Assembly (NCBI GenBank): GCA_963709345.1
Contig: CAVPVX010000011.1
Location: 320,001 to 384,000, forward strand
From: an uncultured Actinomycetes bacterium
GTDB taxonomy: Bacteria > Actinomycetota > Thermoleophilia > UBA2241
Length of the DNA: 64,000 nt
Direction of reading: 5' to 3'
Shown here: positions 1 through 14,097 of the stretch, piece by piece
Layout: each line of letters starts with the position of its first letter
Position numbering within the stretch: the stretch's first letter is position 1
Made by a program: the position numbers and the translations under genes
The notes under the pieces: generated by a model
What the model was told of the DNA's origin: nothing
Seen by the model: only the letters and a program-made list of their open reading frames with translations
Databases searched by the model: none

Positions 1-2
1 CT

Positions 3-548
3 CTGGGCGTCATCCGCGCCGCGGCGGCGCGCTACGAGGGCATCTCCGTCCTCGTCGACGAGACCCGCCCGTGGCTGCAGGGCGCCCGCCTCACCGCCTG
101 GGAGCTCGGCGTCGAGGGCATTCCGTACCGGCTGATCAGCGACAACATGGCCGGGCACTTCATCCAGCGCGGCGAGGTCGACGGCGCCGTGGTCGGCGCC
201 GATCGGATCGCCGCGAACGGCGACACCGCCAACAAGATCGGCACGTACAGCGTGAGCGTGCTTGCCAAGGAGCACCACGTGCCCTTCTACGTGGCGGCGC
301 CTCTCTCGACGGTCGACCTGACCGTGCCCAGCGGAGCCGGGATCCCGATCGAGGAGCGCCCAGAGCGCGAGGTGACGAGCTTCAACGGCCGGCAGGTGGC
401 TCCCGAGGGCGCCCGTGCTCTGCACCCGGCCTTCGACGTCACGCCGGCGGCGAACATCGCCGCCGTCGTCACCGAGGCCGGCATCCTGCGCGCCCCGTTT
501 GGCCCGGCGCTCGCGGCGGCATGCTCCGGCGGGGAGTGCGAACGATGA
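3..548 (+). CDS. mtnA: S-methyl-5-thioribose-1-phosphate isomerase (5' truncated by window edge)
   Basis: Frame open from base 3: [53 protein letters not shown] motifs of the eIF2B/MtnA family. Confidence 0.93.
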   Translation: MGVIRAAAARYEGISVLVDETRPWLQGARLTAWELGVEGIPYRLISDNMAGHFIQRGEVDGAVVGADRIAANGDTANKIGTYSVSVLAKEHHVPFYVAAPLSTVDLTVPSGAGIPIEERPEREVTSFNGRQVAPEGARALHPAFDVTPAANIAAVVTEAGILRAPFGPALAAACSGGECER

Positions 549-1681
549 CCGTCCGTGCCTACATCATGGCCGCGGGCCTCGGCACCCGGCTCTACCCGCT
601 GACCGGGCTCACGTCTAAGCCGATGGTCCCCATCCTCAACCGCCCGGTGCTGGAGCACCTGCTCCACCTGCTGCGCCGGCACGGGGTCACCGAGCTGGCC
701 GCGAACCTGCACTACCACCCCGAGAAGATCCGCGCGTACTTCGGCGACGGCGCCGAGTTCGGCGTCGACTTGCGGTACCACCTCGAGGAGCATCTGCTCG
801 GCACCGCGGGCGGCGCCGACGCCTTTCGCGAGTTTCTCTGCGGTTCCACCTTCCTCGTCATGAGCGGCGACGGCCTCACCGACATCGACCTCACCGCCTT
901 CCTGGCTGCGCACCGCGCCGCCGGCGGCATCGCTACCATGGCCGTCAAAGAGGTCGCGGACCCGTCGCTCTACGGGGTCGTCGTCCGCGGCGCCGGCGGG
1001 CGGGTGATGGGCTTCCAGGAGAAGCCGCCTCCCGGGGAGGCGCTCTCCGACCTGTGCAACTGCGGCATCTACGCGTTCGAGCCGGAGATCTTCGACTACA
1101 TCGCTCCCGGTACGTTGGTCGATTGGGCCAGAGATGTGTTTCCGGCGCTGCTCGGCGACGATCGCCCGTTCCACGCCTGGGAGCTCCAGACATACTGGAA
1201 CGACGTCGGCAACATCGAGCAGTACCGGCTGAGCAACTTCGACGCCCTGCTCGGTCACGTCGCCCTCGACGTGCCGGGGCGCCAGGTCTCGCCGGGCGTC
1301 TGGGTGGGGCAGGGCACCGAGATCGAAGCGGGCGTACGCCTCGAGGCGCCTCTCCTGCTCGGCGCGGGTTGTCTCGTGGAGGCGGGCGCCGAGCTCATCG
1401 GGCCGCTGATCGTCGGCGACGGCTGCGTCATCGAGCGCGGCGCCGTGCTCGAGGGCGTGATCCAGTGGGAGGGCGCGAAGGCCGGGCGTGGCTCGCGCCT
1501 CGACGGCAGCATCCTCGGCCGGCATGTCACCGTGCACCATGAGGCCGTGGTGCGCGAGGACGCCGTCATCGGCGATCGCTCCGACGTGGCTGCGCACGCC
1601 CACGTCTCCGCGGGCGCGCGCGTCGAGCCGCGCTCCTGCATCGGTCCCGTCGGCTTCTGCGCCGGCCAGAGCGGCGAGTGA
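545..1681 (+). CDS. NDP-sugar pyrophosphorylase (mannose-1-phosphate guanylyltransferase-like) with C-terminal left-handed beta-helix
   Basis: ATGA overlap with mtnA stop; [34 protein letters not shown] motifs; hexapeptide-like C-terminus. Confidence 0.88.
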   Translation: MTVRAYIMAAGLGTRLYPLTGLTSKPMVPILNRPVLEHLLHLLRRHGVTELAANLHYHPEKIRAYFGDGAEFGVDLRYHLEEHLLGTAGGADAFREFLCGSTFLVMSGDGLTDIDLTAFLAAHRAAGGIATMAVKEVADPSLYGVVVRGAGGRVMGFQEKPPPGEALSDLCNCGIYAFEPEIFDYIAPGTLVDWARDVFPALLGDDRPFHAWELQTYWNDVGNIEQYRLSNFDALLGHVALDVPGRQVSPGVWVGQGTEIEAGVRLEAPLLLGAGCLVEAGAELIGPLIVGDGCVIERGAVLEGVIQWEGAKAGRGSRLDGSILGRHVTVHHEAVVREDAVIGDRSDVAAHAHVSAGARVEPRSCIGPVGFCAGQSGE

Positions 1682-1694
1682 CGGCCGGTCGCGA

Positions 1695-2507
1695 GTGAAC
1701 GCCTCCGGCGCGCTCGACGGCATGCTCGATCTGCTCTTCCCCAAGCGCTGCGTCGTGTGCCGGGTCGCCGGCGCCTGGCTCTGCGAGTCGTGCGCCGCCG
1801 GTCTCAGGCCGCTCCCCCAGCGGCGCTGTCGCCGCTGCGGCGCGCCGGTCCGCAGCGCCCGACCACAGCGCTCCCGGCGGACCGATGCGACCGATCCCGT
1901 TCGCCTGCACCCGTCCTGCCCCGAGTGCCGCGACCGGGAGCTTGCGTTCGTCGCCGCGTCGGCGGCGTACTGCTACGAGGGCCCGGCGCGGGCCTTGGTC
2001 ACAGCGTGCAAGTTCCGCGCCCTGCGCTCTCTGGTCGACGACATGGCGGAGAGGGCCAGGCCGGCGTTCGCCGCCGCGCACGGCGGATGCGGGGCCCGCC
2101 TCGTGACGTCCGTCCCGGCGCATCGCGACCATCGCCTCGAACGCGGATTCGACCCCGCCGAGCTCCTCGCCCGCCGGCTTGCGCGCGACGCCGGCCTCGC
2201 CTATGCTCCGCTGCTCCGTCGCGTAAGGCACGGGGCCCGCCAGAGCGGGCTCTCCCGGGCCGAACGCGCCGCCAATGTCCGTCGTGCGTTCGCGTTGCGG
2301 GAGAGCGGCATCAGGGTAGGTACTAAGTCCAAGAAGGTGATTATCGTCGACGACGTCTACACCACAGGTGAAACGTTGAACCAGTGTGCTGAAGCGTTTG
2401 CGCACTCCGACCTCGAAGCCCACGTCTTCACCTTCGCGCGCACCGTGCGCGCGACTCCCTCCCAAGCATCGCTAGACCATGCCGTCCAGAAGGAGCGATG
2501 TCCATGA
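1695..2507 (+). CDS. comF: ComF family double zinc ribbon / phosphoribosyltransferase protein
   Basis: LDLLFPKRCVVC..LCESC..CRRCG, ERGFDPAELLA, IIVDDVYTTGET; sits in the comF-hpf-secA context. Confidence 0.88.
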   Translation: MNASGALDGMLDLLFPKRCVVCRVAGAWLCESCAAGLRPLPQRRCRRCGAPVRSARPQRSRRTDATDPVRLHPSCPECRDRELAFVAASAAYCYEGPARALVTACKFRALRSLVDDMAERARPAFAAAHGGCGARLVTSVPAHRDHRLERGFDPAELLARRLARDAGLAYAPLLRRVRHGARQSGLSRAERAANVRRAFALRESGIRVGTKSKKVIIVDDVYTTGETLNQCAEAFAHSDLEAHVFTFARTVRATPSQASLDHAVQKERCP

Positions 2508-3124
2508 GAACTCAGATCAAGGGCCGCAACGTCACCGTGACCCCCGCACTCCAAGAGTACGCGGGGGAGAAGATCGAGCATGTGCACAAGCTCCTGCAGC
2601 AGCGCAAGATCGACGAGGTGACGAGGGTAGAACTCGAACTCAGGGTTGAGAAGAACCCGAGCATCTCGGAGCCGTGCATCGCCGAGGCGACGGTATTCAC
2701 CCGTGGACCCGTGATCAGAGCGCGCGAGACGTCGACCGACATGTACGCGGCCATCGACCTGGTCAGCGACAAGCTCGTCCGGCGCGTGAAGAAGTACCAC
2801 GACAAGCTGCACGGCAAGACGCGCCACGGACACGAGAAGCTGGTGCTCCCGGCGGAGCCCGCCCCCGAACTGGCGCCGGTCGCCGCGGCCGCGGCGCTGG
2901 CCGACGAGATCGCCGGAGAAGCGGAGTACGCCGGCGACAACGGCCGCATCGTCAAGACGAAGCAGTTCGCGCTCAAGCCGATGTCGGTACACGAGGCCAC
3001 GCTTCAACTCGAACTGGTCGGCCACGACTTCTTCGTGTTCACGAACGCCGAGTCGAACCGCACCAACGTCGTCTACCGGCGCAACGACGGCCACTACGGG
3101 CTCATCGAGCCCTTCGAGAACTGA
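2498..3124 (+). CDS. hpf: Ribosome hibernation promoting factor (long HPF / RaiA)
   Basis: IKGRNVTVTPALQEY, DMYAAIDLV, KPMSVHEATLQLELVGHDFFVF, VVYRRNDGHYGLIEP. Confidence 0.95.
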   Translation: MSMRTQIKGRNVTVTPALQEYAGEKIEHVHKLLQQRKIDEVTRVELELRVEKNPSISEPCIAEATVFTRGPVIRARETSTDMYAAIDLVSDKLVRRVKKYHDKLHGKTRHGHEKLVLPAEPAPELAPVAAAAALADEIAGEAEYAGDNGRIVKTKQFALKPMSVHEATLQLELVGHDFFVFTNAESNRTNVVYRRNDGHYGLIEPFEN

Positions 3125-3169
3125 GGCGACGGCCGGAGTGCGAGCGCGGCCGTGCGATCGTCATCCGGC

Positions 3170-3193
3170 GGAGTCGCGGCGCGGAGCGACTCC
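3170..3193 (+). terminator. GC-rich hairpin between hpf and secA
   Basis: GGAGTCGC (3170-3177) pairs with GCGACTCC (3186-3193); no U-tract. Confidence 0.35.
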
Positions 3194-3256
3194 TGTCGGC
3201 CGCTGTGCGACAATAGGCGACGACGCTAGCAACCGCACCCCGGGAGTCGCGCGACT

Positions 3257-5908
<2,652 letters not shown>

Positions 5909-5959
5909 GCCGTTTCAAGTCTCAGGAGCGCCGTGACCACTCACCCGCGTCGTGCGAAT

Positions 5960-6345
5960 CGTCATGGAACGTCGGCGGCTGCGCCGGCTCGCATACGCTG
6001 CTGTGGCGCCGTCCAGAGCGTCGGAGACCGTCTGCCGGTCTTCCGTGACGCCGCTGAGGCCGCTGAGTCGCAGGCGGGCGCTGTCGCGGCGCAGCCAGAC
6101 GCCGTCGTCGTAGAGCGCCCGGATGCCCGCGGCCGCCATGACCGGCGCCACATTGGCCTCCGGCAGGGCGTGGTCGTGGTTGCCGAGGACGATGAGGTCG
6201 GGGTGGAGGGCGTTCACACGGTCCACGGTCGCTCGCACCCGGGCGTGCGAGACGAACGATCCGTGGTGGTTGTCCGCGACGAAGGCGACGCGCAGGCCGC
6301 CGAACGCCGGCGGCACGTTGGCGCTCGTGAGGGCGTCCCGGTTGA
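5960..6345 (-). pseudogene. YkuE-like metallophosphoesterase relic with internal deletion
   Basis: VPPAFGGLRVAFVADNHHG...HPDLIVLGNHDH: the GD motif and the segment before GNHD are missing; no start codon and no C-terminal GHxH; boundaries approximate. Confidence 0.6.
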
Positions 6346-6408
6346 CCCGCCGCGAGCCATGGCGGCATTCTGCCCCTGCCTGGTGCCGCCTCGGGAGCGT
6401 GCGAGTCC

Positions 6409-9400
6409 CTACCTCAGAATCGGGCCTGCCTCGAGCAGCCGGCCGCACTCGTTCGCCGGCAGGGGTCTGCTGTAGAGGAACCCCTGGATGGCGTCGCAAC
6501 TCTCGTCTCGCAGGACGCCGAGCTCGCCGGGCGTCTCGACCCCTTCCGCCACGACGGTGAGCCGGAGCCGGTGGCCGAGAGTGATGACTGACGCGGCCAC
6601 CGCGGCATGCTCGGGGACGTTGGACAGGTCGTGGATGAACGAGCGGTCGATCTTGACCGTGGAGATGGGCAGGCGGACGAGGTGGCTGAGGGACGAGTAG
6701 CCCGTGCCGAAGTCGTCGAGTGCGATGCGCACGGCCATCGCGCGGAGGGCGCCGAGGACCTGGGCGGTGTGGCGCGGATCGCGCATCGCCGCCGTCTCGG
6801 TGATCTCCAGCTCGAGTGAGTGAGCGTCGAACCGCGTGCTGCGCAATGCCCTGCGAACGGTGTCGACAAGGCTCTCGTCGTGCAGCTGGCGCGCGCTGAT
6901 GTTGACGCCCATGCGGAGCGGACGCCCGAGCTGACGTTGCCACGCGCGTCCCTGGCGGCATGCCTCAATGAGGACCCAGGCGCCGATCGGCAGGAGGACG
7001 CCGCACTCTTCCGCCGATGGAATGAAGTCCAGCGGCGCGATGACCCCGCGCTCGGGATGCCGCCAGCGGAGCAGCGCCTCGACGCTTGTGATCTGACCGC
7101 TCGCTGCGTCGACCACCGGCTGGTACTCAAGAAAGAACTGGCCGGCTTCGAGCGCGTGATGCAGTTCGCCCTCGAGCGCGAGGTGGTCGGCGCGCTCGGC
7201 ATTCATGCCGACGTGGAAGAACCGCCAGCAGTGGCCGCCCGCGTCCGATGCCATCCGCAGGGCGGACGCAGCGTTGCGCAACAGTTCGTCGGCCGTGACG
7301 CCGTCTGCCGGGTAAACGGCGACGCCGAGGCTCACAGTCAGGTAGAGCTCGTGCTGCCCGACGTGGATGGGTTGTCCCACCGCTGCGACGAGCTTGCCCA
7401 GCGCGGTGCTCGCCTCGTTCGGCCCTGCTGCTCCGGGCAGCAGGAGCGCATACCTGCCCGCGCCGAAGTGCGCCAGCGTGTCCTCGGCGCGTCCAGCGCG
7501 CTGCAAGCGGCGCCCGACTTCGCCGAGCAGATCGTCGGTCGCGTCGTGGCCGAGCGACGAGACGAGGGTGTCGAAACGGTCGAGCTGCAGAGTGGCGACC
7601 GCGAACGACAGGCGCTTGCGCCCCGCGTGCTTGAGCGCCTGACGGGAACGGTCCTCAAGCAGGGTGCGGTTGGCGAGCCCGGTCACGGGGTCGTGGAGCG
7701 ACAGGCTCTGCAGCCGCTCGTCGGCGGTCTTCTGCTCGGTGCGGTCGACGAGCACGGCGGTGCCGCCGATGACGGCGCCATCGGCGTCGTGGAGCGGCAC
7801 GGCCTTGAGCGTGATCCACAGTTCCCGGTCGCCGGCCGTGGTCCGGTACGGGCCTTCATAGATGCCCTCGCGGCCTTCGAGCGCCGCCTCCAGTGCCGGG
7901 AGCGGCCGGAGGTCGGCGATGGTCGTGCGGATGCTCGCCCCGGCGTAGTGCCGGGGCGAGCATCCGGCGGCGGCGTCAAAGGCCGCATTGCCCTCCAGGA
8001 ACGTGAGCTCCCTGTCGTACCTGAACACGCCTACCGGGAGCCCGTCCACGAGCGTCCGATATCGCTGCTCGGATTCGCGCAGCGCGGATTCGGCTCGATG
8101 GCGATCGGTCACGTCGAGCAGGATGCCCTCCTGGGCCAGCGGAGAGCCGTCCGCGTCGCGGATCAGCGCGAACCGATCCCACACCCAGCGCTCCTCGCCG
8201 TTCGCGCTCCGTATTCGATACTCGGCTTCGCCGCGCCCGCTCTCCAGCGAGTCGAGTGCGGAATCCTCGAGCAGGTGGATGTCCTCCGGATGGACGACCT
8301 TCTCCCACTCGAAGTCCGGCGCCATGAGTTGCTCGGGGGTATATCCCGTGAGGCTCTGGTCGCCGCCGACGATGAACTCGTCGGCCCACGGCGACCGCGT
8401 CTGGGCGCGGTACAGCCAGCCCGGTATCGTGCTCAGCAGCGACCGCAGCCGCCGCTCGGTCTCCGCCTGGGCATCCTGTGCCTCGTGCAGTCGCGTCACG
8501 TCGATGATCATGCCGACGATCTCGGCCGGTCTTCCCGCTTCGTCGGCGATGAACACGCCGCTGTCGAGTACCCAGCGCACCGCGCCGTCCCTGGTCACGA
8601 TCCTGTGCTCCGTCTGGCTGCCAGGCGATCCGGCGGTGAGGTCGCGCCGCATGTCGTCGACGACGAACTGGAGGTCGTCGGGGTGGACGATCTGCTTCCA
8701 CGAGACCGCGCCGCCGGTGAACTCCTCCGGGCCGTAGCCCGTCAGCGCCCGGCAGCCCTCGCTCAAGAACGTCGTGCCCCGGGGGCCTTGGATCGCGCTG
8801 CGATAGGCGGCTCCGGGCAGGCTGGCGACCAGGCCGCTCAGCATCTCCTCGCGCACGCGCAGAGCCGCCTCGGCTTCGTGAAGGTCCGTGACGTCGGTGA
8901 CGAAGCCCTCGAGGTGCTGGAGATCACCCGCGTCGTCGAAGACGCCGACCCCGCGCTCCCAGACCCATTTCTCGCGCCCGTCCTTGGTGCTGATCCGGTA
9001 CGTCGTGGTCCAGGGCGCCCGGGCGGCGAGGGCCTCCTGCACCGTCGACCAGATGGTCTCGGCGTCCGCGGGGTGAGGTAGATCGGCGTACGATACGGCG
9101 TCGCCGCCGATCAGCTCCTCCGGCCGGTAGCCCGTGAGCTCGGTGCAGCCGTCGCTCAGAACCATCATGGTCCAGCCCCGGTCGTTGAGACACCGGTACG
9201 CCATGCCGGGGACGTTCTCGAGCAGCGTCTTCATCGCCCGTTCGCCTTCGGCCGCCCGTGCGTCGGCGAGCCCGCGTTCGCGTTCGGCGCGACGCTGTTC
9301 CGTCACGTCGACCAGGACGGCCAGCGAGCGGATCACGCGGCCGCCGCTGTCTCGCTCGGCCGTGGCCGAGAGCAGGACGTCGACGCTAGCGCCGTCTCTG

Positions 9401-10551
9401 GCTACCATCTGATATGGGACGTCCTCGCAGGATCCCGACGCGAAGAATCCGGGAAGGACTTCCTCCTGCGCGAAGCGCCGGGACTCCTCGGTCAGAAACT
9501 CCGTCGACCGCCGCCCCAGGACTTCTTCGGCGCTGTAGCCGAGGCGTTGAAGCCAGCGATCGCTCACGCTCAGCAGACGACCCTGGGCGTCGATCGAGTG
9601 GAGCATCACCGGCGTTCTCAGATACAGGGTCCGGTACTTCTCCTCGCTCTCGCGCAGCGCCTCGCCGGCGCGCTTACCTTCGGTGACGTCGCGCACGATG
9701 AGGAGCATCTCGCCGTTATCCCGCGGCACGTGCCGCACCTCGTCGTACCGGATGGAGGCGGGCGTGGCCCTCGTCACCTCCGCCGTCACCGGTTTGCCGG
9801 TGGCTCGCGCGAGGGCGACCGCCTGCCGGATCCTCGCTGCTGCGTCCCCGGGCAGGTCCTTCCACGGCAGGTTGCCGGGCGACGCCGCGGCCAGATGGCC
9901 GGGATCGTGCGCCGCGGCATGCCGGCCGCCGACGACCCGCGCCACCGTATCGTCGGCGTTCAGATACAGATAGGTGTCGGGCAGCGTCTCTACGATGCCC
10001 CGGACGCCTGCCGCCGCGTCTCGCACGGCGTCCTTCATCTCCTTGAGAGTGGTCAGGTCGACGATCGTGGCGACCACGGCCTCGAGGGCGCCCGCGCTGC
10101 TCGTCAGCGGCTCTACGGCCACCTGCACCCAGGTCGACGGCAGTCCGTCGTCCCACGCCAGCTCGAGCACGATGCCGTCGACAGGCTGCCCCGTGCGCAC
10201 GGCGTCGAGAAGGCCGGCTGCGGCGAGGTCGGCGGGCGTTCCGTCTTCGGAGACCACGGCGCCACGCCACTCGGGGATGTCGACGGCGAGGCTGCCGACG
10301 ACGCGATCGCGCGTGACTCGCAGAAGCGTCGCGGCCCGCCGGTTCAGGTCGATGATGCGGCCGGACGGGTCGCACACGACGATCGCGGCGGCGACCGCGT
10401 CGACCGTCACGGATGCGGTCGGATGCCCCGCCGGCTCCGCCGACGGGTGGTCGCGGCCCGATGAAGCAGCCGCCGCGGCCTGAGTCTCGCCCCGCGCGGC
10501 CGGCTTCCTGCTTTCCGGTGTCCCGGTCGCGTCTTTGTGCTTCCTCGTCAT
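6409..10551 (-). CDS. Multi-PAS (about 7) / degenerate GGDEF / EAL c-di-GMP phosphodiesterase
   Basis: Start ATG after GAGGGG; repeated PAS/PAC motifs; GGDEF replaced by GAGRY while RxxD (RAED) is kept; [42 protein letters not shown]. Confidence 0.92.
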   Translation of the reverse strand: MTRKHKDATGTPESRKPAARGETQAAAAASSGRDHPSAEPAGHPTASVTVDAVAAAIVVCDPSGRIIDLNRRAATLLRVTRDRVVGSLAVDIPEWRGAVVSEDGTPADLAAAGLLDAVRTGQPVDGIVLELAWDDGLPSTWVQVAVEPLTSSAGALEAVVATIVDLTTLKEMKDAVRDAAAGVRGIVETLPDTYLYLNADDTVARVVGGRHAAAHDPGHLAAASPGNLPWKDLPGDAAARIRQAVALARATGKPVTAEVTRATPASIRYDEVRHVPRDNGEMLLIVRDVTEGKRAGEALRESEEKYRTLYLRTPVMLHSIDAQGRLLSVSDRWLQRLGYSAEEVLGRRSTEFLTEESRRFAQEEVLPGFFASGSCEDVPYQMVARDGASVDVLLSATAERDSGGRVIRSLAVLVDVTEQRRAERERGLADARAAEGERAMKTLLENVPGMAYRCLNDRGWTMMVLSDGCTELTGYRPEELIGGDAVSYADLPHPADAETIWSTVQEALAARAPWTTTYRISTKDGREKWVWERGVGVFDDAGDLQHLEGFVTDVTDLHEAEAALRVREEMLSGLVASLPGAAYRSAIQGPRGTTFLSEGCRALTGYGPEEFTGGAVSWKQIVHPDDLQFVVDDMRRDLTAGSPGSQTEHRIVTRDGAVRWVLDSGVFIADEAGRPAEIVGMIIDVTRLHEAQDAQAETERRLRSLLSTIPGWLYRAQTRSPWADEFIVGGDQSLTGYTPEQLMAPDFEWEKVVHPEDIHLLEDSALDSLESGRGEAEYRIRSANGEERWVWDRFALIRDADGSPLAQEGILLDVTDRHRAESALRESEQRYRTLVDGLPVGVFRYDRELTFLEGNAAFDAAAGCSPRHYAGASIRTTIADLRPLPALEAALEGREGIYEGPYRTTAGDRELWITLKAVPLHDADGAVIGGTAVLVDRTEQKTADERLQSLSLHDPVTGLANRTLLEDRSRQALKHAGRKRLSFAVATLQLDRFDTLVSSLGHDATDDLLGEVGRRLQRAGRAEDTLAHFGAGRYALLLPGAAGPNEASTALGKLVAAVGQPIHVGQHELYLTVSLGVAVYPADGVTADELLRNAASALRMASDAGGHCWRFFHVGMNAERADHLALEGELHHALEAGQFFLEYQPVVDAASGQITSVEALLRWRHPERGVIAPLDFIPSAEECGVLLPIGAWVLIEACRQGRAWQRQLGRPLRMGVNISARQLHDESLVDTVRRALRSTRFDAHSLELEITETAAMRDPRHTAQVLGALRAMAVRIALDDFGTGYSSLSHLVRLPISTVKIDRSFIHDLSNVPEHAAVAASVITLGHRLRLTVVAEGVETPGELGVLRDESCDAIQGFLYSRPLPANECGRLLEAGPILR

Positions 10552-10626
10552 CGTCCCCTCGCGGCCACCGCCCTGGCAGCAGTCTGCCCAAACGGCCGCC
10601 TCCCACGCACGTGCTCTGCACGGACG

Positions 10627-10654
10627 GTATCGGCGGGTGGGCATCCGGGCTGAA
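10627..10654 (-). promoter_or_regulatory. sigma28/WhiG-type promoter for the phosphodiesterase
   Basis: TTCAG-N15-GCCGATAC on the minus strand. Confidence 0.6.
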
Positions 10655-10687
10655 GCGGTTCGCGGATTCCGGTACACTACCTCGGTC

Positions 10688-11848
10688 ATGAGTACCACCG
10701 CCTCAGAAGCACTCGTCCACCTGGACTCGCTCCGCGAGCGTCTCAAGGAAGCCTCCGGGCGCCTGGGATGGCTGCGGAGCTATCTTGACCCGCCAGGGCT
10801 GACAGAGCAGATCGAGGCGCTCGAAGAGCGCATGCGCGCCCCCGGCTTCTGGGACGACCAGCAACAGGCCCCGAGGATCTCCGCCGAGTACAGCCGGGCC
10901 AAGAGGCGCCTTGCCGACTTCGCCGATCTCGAAGGCCGCTTCGCCGATCTCGAATCCACCGAGGAGCTGCTGCGTGAGGATCTGAGCGGCGACGCCGTGG
11001 ACGACGAGCTCCTGCAGGAGCTCGTGAGCGGCGTCGCCGAGCTCGAGGCCGACCTGCAGCGCGGGGAAGAGCTGCGCTTCTTCAGCGGCAAGTACGACGA
11101 GGGTGGCGCGATACTCACCATCCACCCCGGCGCCGGCGGCACGGAGTCCCAGGACTGGGCCGAGATGCTGCTGCGCATGTACCTGCGCTGGTTCGAGCGC
11201 CGCGGCTTCAGCGTCGAGGTCAACGATTCGCAAGAGGGCGACGAGGCGGGCCTCAAGAGCGCCACGCTCACCGTGGAGGGCGAGAACGTTTACGGTCTGC
11301 TGCAGTCCGAGAAGGGCGTGCACCGGCTCGTGCGCATGAGCCCGTTCGACTCGGCCAACCGGCGGCACACCAGCTTCGTCTCGGTCGATGCATCGCCGCT
11401 GGTCAGCGACGACGTCGAGGTGGAGATCGACGACGACGACCTGCGCATCGACACGTACCGGTCCAGCGGCGCCGGCGGGCAGCACGTCAACAAGACGAGC
11501 TCCGCGATCCGCATCACGCACCTGCCCACCAACATCGTGGTGCAGTGCCAGAACGAACGCTCGCAACTGCAGAACAAGACCGTGGCGATGCACATGCTGA
11601 AGTCCAAGCTGGTGGAGCTCGAGGAGCGCCACCTGGCGGAAGAGCTGGCGCGTGAGCGCGGCGAGGTGCTCAACGTCGACTTCGGCAGCCAGATCCGCAG
11701 TTACGTGCTGCATCCCTACCAGATGGTGAAGGACCTGCGCACGGGGCACGAGGTCGGCAACACCCAAGCTGTGCTCGACGGCGATCTCGACGGCTTCGTG
11801 CACGCGTACCTCGTGTGGCGCGCCGGCGGGAGCGAGCCGCGCAAGTAG
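10688..11848 (+). CDS. prfB: Peptide chain release factor 2 (continuous ORF as assembled)
   Basis: [25 protein letters not shown] (SPF tripeptide), [26 protein letters not shown]. Confidence 0.97.
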   Translation: MSTTASEALVHLDSLRERLKEASGRLGWLRSYLDPPGLTEQIEALEERMRAPGFWDDQQQAPRISAEYSRAKRRLADFADLEGRFADLESTEELLREDLSGDAVDDELLQELVSGVAELEADLQRGEELRFFSGKYDEGGAILTIHPGAGGTESQDWAEMLLRMYLRWFERRGFSVEVNDSQEGDEAGLKSATLTVEGENVYGLLQSEKGVHRLVRMSPFDSANRRHTSFVSVDASPLVSDDVEVEIDDDDLRIDTYRSSGAGGQHVNKTSSAIRITHLPTNIVVQCQNERSQLQNKTVAMHMLKSKLVELEERHLAEELARERGEVLNVDFGSQIRSYVLHPYQMVKDLRTGHEVGNTQAVLDGDLDGFVHAYLVWRAGGSEPRK

Positions 11849-11850
11849 TC

Positions 11851-12645
11851 GTGTCGCCGCCCGGGGACTATCACGTCCACACGCGGTTCTCCGACGGGGA
11901 GGGTGAGCCGGCCGACTGCGTCGAGAGGGCGCTGGCGCTCGGCCTCCCGGAGATCGGCATCACCGACCACCTCACGCCCGCGGTCCTCCAGGCCGACGGC
12001 GACTGGAGCCTCGCTCGTGAGTGCATGGATGAGTACGTCGCCGCCGTGCGGGCCGCCGCCGCGCGCTTCCCCGGCATCACCGTGCTGCTCGGCGTCGAGG
12101 CGGATTACGTGCCGGGTGCGGAGGACGAGCTCGCCGAGATGCTGGGCGCCCACCCCTTCGACTACGTCATCGGTGGGCTGCACTACGTCGACGGCTTCTC
12201 GTTCGACGAGCCGGCCACCCGCGACGACCCTCTCTGGGACGACGCCGCTTCGCTGTACCGCCGTTACTACGCGCTGATCGCCGGCGCCGCCGCGTCCGGA
12301 CTCTTCGACGTCATCGCGCACCTGGACTACGTGATGCTGTGGGGACGTCGTTCGGCGGTCGACATCTCGGCAGCCGAAGATGCGGCGCTCGCCGCGCTGG
12401 CGACCCACGGGATCGCCATCGAGCTCAATACGACGGGTACGCTGGAGCCGGCCGGCCTCATGCACCCCGCGCCTGACCTGCTGGTGCATGCGTGCCGGTT
12501 GGGCATCCCCCTCGTCTTCGGTTCGGATGCTCACCAGGTGGACCAGGTGGGATGGCGGTTCGACGCCGCAGTAGGGTTGGCGCGGCAGGCCGGGTACCAT
12601 GCCAGCCTGGAGCTCTCCTCGAGGAAGCAGAGCCCGTTGGGATGA
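11851..12645 (+). CDS. PHP-domain histidinol-phosphatase (HisJ family)
   Basis: DYHVHT, EIGITDH, LLGVEADY, DYVIGGLH, DVIAHLD, IELNT, FGSDAH. Confidence 0.85.
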   Translation: MSPPGDYHVHTRFSDGEGEPADCVERALALGLPEIGITDHLTPAVLQADGDWSLARECMDEYVAAVRAAAARFPGITVLLGVEADYVPGAEDELAEMLGAHPFDYVIGGLHYVDGFSFDEPATRDDPLWDDAASLYRRYYALIAGAAASGLFDVIAHLDYVMLWGRRSAVDISAAEDAALAALATHGIAIELNTTGTLEPAGLMHPAPDLLVHACRLGIPLVFGSDAHQVDQVGWRFDAAVGLARQAGYHASLELSSRKQSPLG

Positions 12646-12700
12646 AGCCGTCGCGTCGACTGGGCGTCTGCCGACCGGCCGCCGGGGGTTTGGCCGGCCG

Positions 12701-13077
12701 TCAGTCGGCGCCGACGGCGCCGAGGACCAAGTCCTGCAGACAGCTCGTGAACACGGACACGTACTCGTCTCGCACGACGCGCAGTCTCTCCTGCCAATCG
12801 CGTCCACGCGCCACATCTTGCTCATCACGAGCTTGGTGAACGCCTGGTATCGCTAGACGTACGTCAACTCAGCGTGCACCAGGGCGCGTAGAGTCTCGAC
12901 AGGCCCCTCCACGTCGCGGACCTCCTCGCGGATGCCGGCGGCCAGGTGCTGCAGGCCGTCGTGGAGCAGCGCGCTCACGATCTCGTCGACCGTCGTGCGC
13001 GCGTAGCCGTGTTCGCCGAACAACTCGATCGCCGCTCTGTACGACCGCTCGACGCTGTCGCCCTTGGCGTGCGCCAT
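12701..13077 (-). pseudogene. TetR-family regulator pseudogene
   Basis: YRAAIELFGEHGYARTTVDEIV jumps to SALL (HTH recognition helix deleted); in-frame TAG at 12853-12855; continues RYQAFTKLVMSKMWRVD, then frameshifts to DWQERLRVVRDEYVSVF...GAD*. Confidence 0.7.
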
Positions 13078-13089
13078 CTGTCTTCCTCG

Positions 13090-13420
13090 CATCTCCGCTG
13101 CCGCCGCTTCCGACGTCTTGGCGGCGGCCGTTTCGACGCCGGTCGCCAAGCCGTCGGCTGCTCGTGCCGCCTGCGTGGCGCCGCTGTGCAGGGAGCTCGC
13201 ACCAGAGGAGAGCTCGCTCAGGCCAGTGCGAAGTGACTTGGCACCGGAGTCGGCGTCGCTCAGGTAGCCTGTGATGGTCTGTGACCCCGCGCCTTCATGG
13301 ATGGCTTGAGGCAGAGTGCGAACGGCTCGAGAACCGAGTCGACCTGCGCTTCGCCGGCTGCGCCCGTGGAACGCCAGCTCAGCCATGACCTGGTCGGCTT
13401 GGTAGCCCACTCTGCATCGC
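13090..13420 (-). pseudogene. YhgE/Pip-like membrane protein relic (Leu-x-x-Gly heptad repeat fragment)
   Basis: LSDADSGAKSLRTGLSELSSGASSLHSGATQAARAADGLATG heptads next to a TetR of the type often paired with YhgE; boundaries approximate. Confidence 0.45.
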
Positions 13421-13517
13421 ACGCGAACGTGGCGCGAAACCGATCCCGAGGCGCTCACCCGGTGATAGGCTGCGACGCGTGTACGTCGGGGCCGGCCAGC
13501 GACGAGGAGGACGGCTG

Positions 13518-14075
13518 ATGAGGAACGTCGGGGAATCGGGGGAGGGGCGGCGGCCGGCGCTCACCGGTGACGTGGTTCGGATCCGGTCCGCCCGCGAGGG
13601 CGATGTCCCCGTGCTGCTGGCCATTCTGGACGAGCCCGAAGTCGCGCGCTGGTGGCGGCGGTCGGAATGGGAGCGGATCGATGAAATCGGAGCGGTCACC
13701 TTCGTGATCGAGGCGCCTCCGACGGCCGCCGCACCGGCGGCGTGCAGTAGCGTCGTCGGCTGCATCCAGTACACGGAGGAAGAGAGTCCGGAGTATCGCT
13801 CGGCCGCCGTCGATATCTTCGTCTCGGCGGCATGCCATGGGCGCGGCATAGGCCCCGACGCAATGCGTTCACTCATCACCTGGCTGATCGACGAACGCGG
13901 GCATCATCGTCTCACGGTCGATCCGGCGGCGGCGAACGCCCATGCCATCCACGTCTACGAGAAGCTGGGCTTCAGACCGGTGGGCGTGCTGCGGCAGTAT
14001 GAGCGCGTCGAGGACGGGGTCTGGCGTGACGCGCTCCTGATGGAGCTGCTGGCCGAGGAGTTCGTGCGCGCCTGA
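13518..14075 (+). CDS. GNAT N-acetyltransferase (AAC(6')-like)
   Basis: GAGGAGG RBS; EPEVARWW, VGCIQY.EE..PEYRSAAVDIF, HGRGIG, HHRLTVDPAAANAHAIHVYEKLGFRPVG. Confidence 0.85.
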   Translation: MRNVGESGEGRRPALTGDVVRIRSAREGDVPVLLAILDEPEVARWWRRSEWERIDEIGAVTFVIEAPPTAAAPAACSSVVGCIQYTEEESPEYRSAAVDIFVSAACHGRGIGPDAMRSLITWLIDERGHHRLTVDPAAANAHAIHVYEKLGFRPVGVLRQYERVEDGVWRDALLMELLAEEFVRA

Positions 14076-14097
14076 GGCGCGCACGCCGCCGCAGGCG

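Noticed and set aside
71-544. N-terminal extension of the nucleotidyltransferase ORF (71..1681)
   Set aside because: Overlaps mtnA in another frame; the real start is the coupled ATG at 545.
12853-12855. In-frame TAG in the TetR relic as pyrrolysine or readthrough
   Set aside because: The same gene has an HTH deletion and a frameshift, so ordinary decay explains it.
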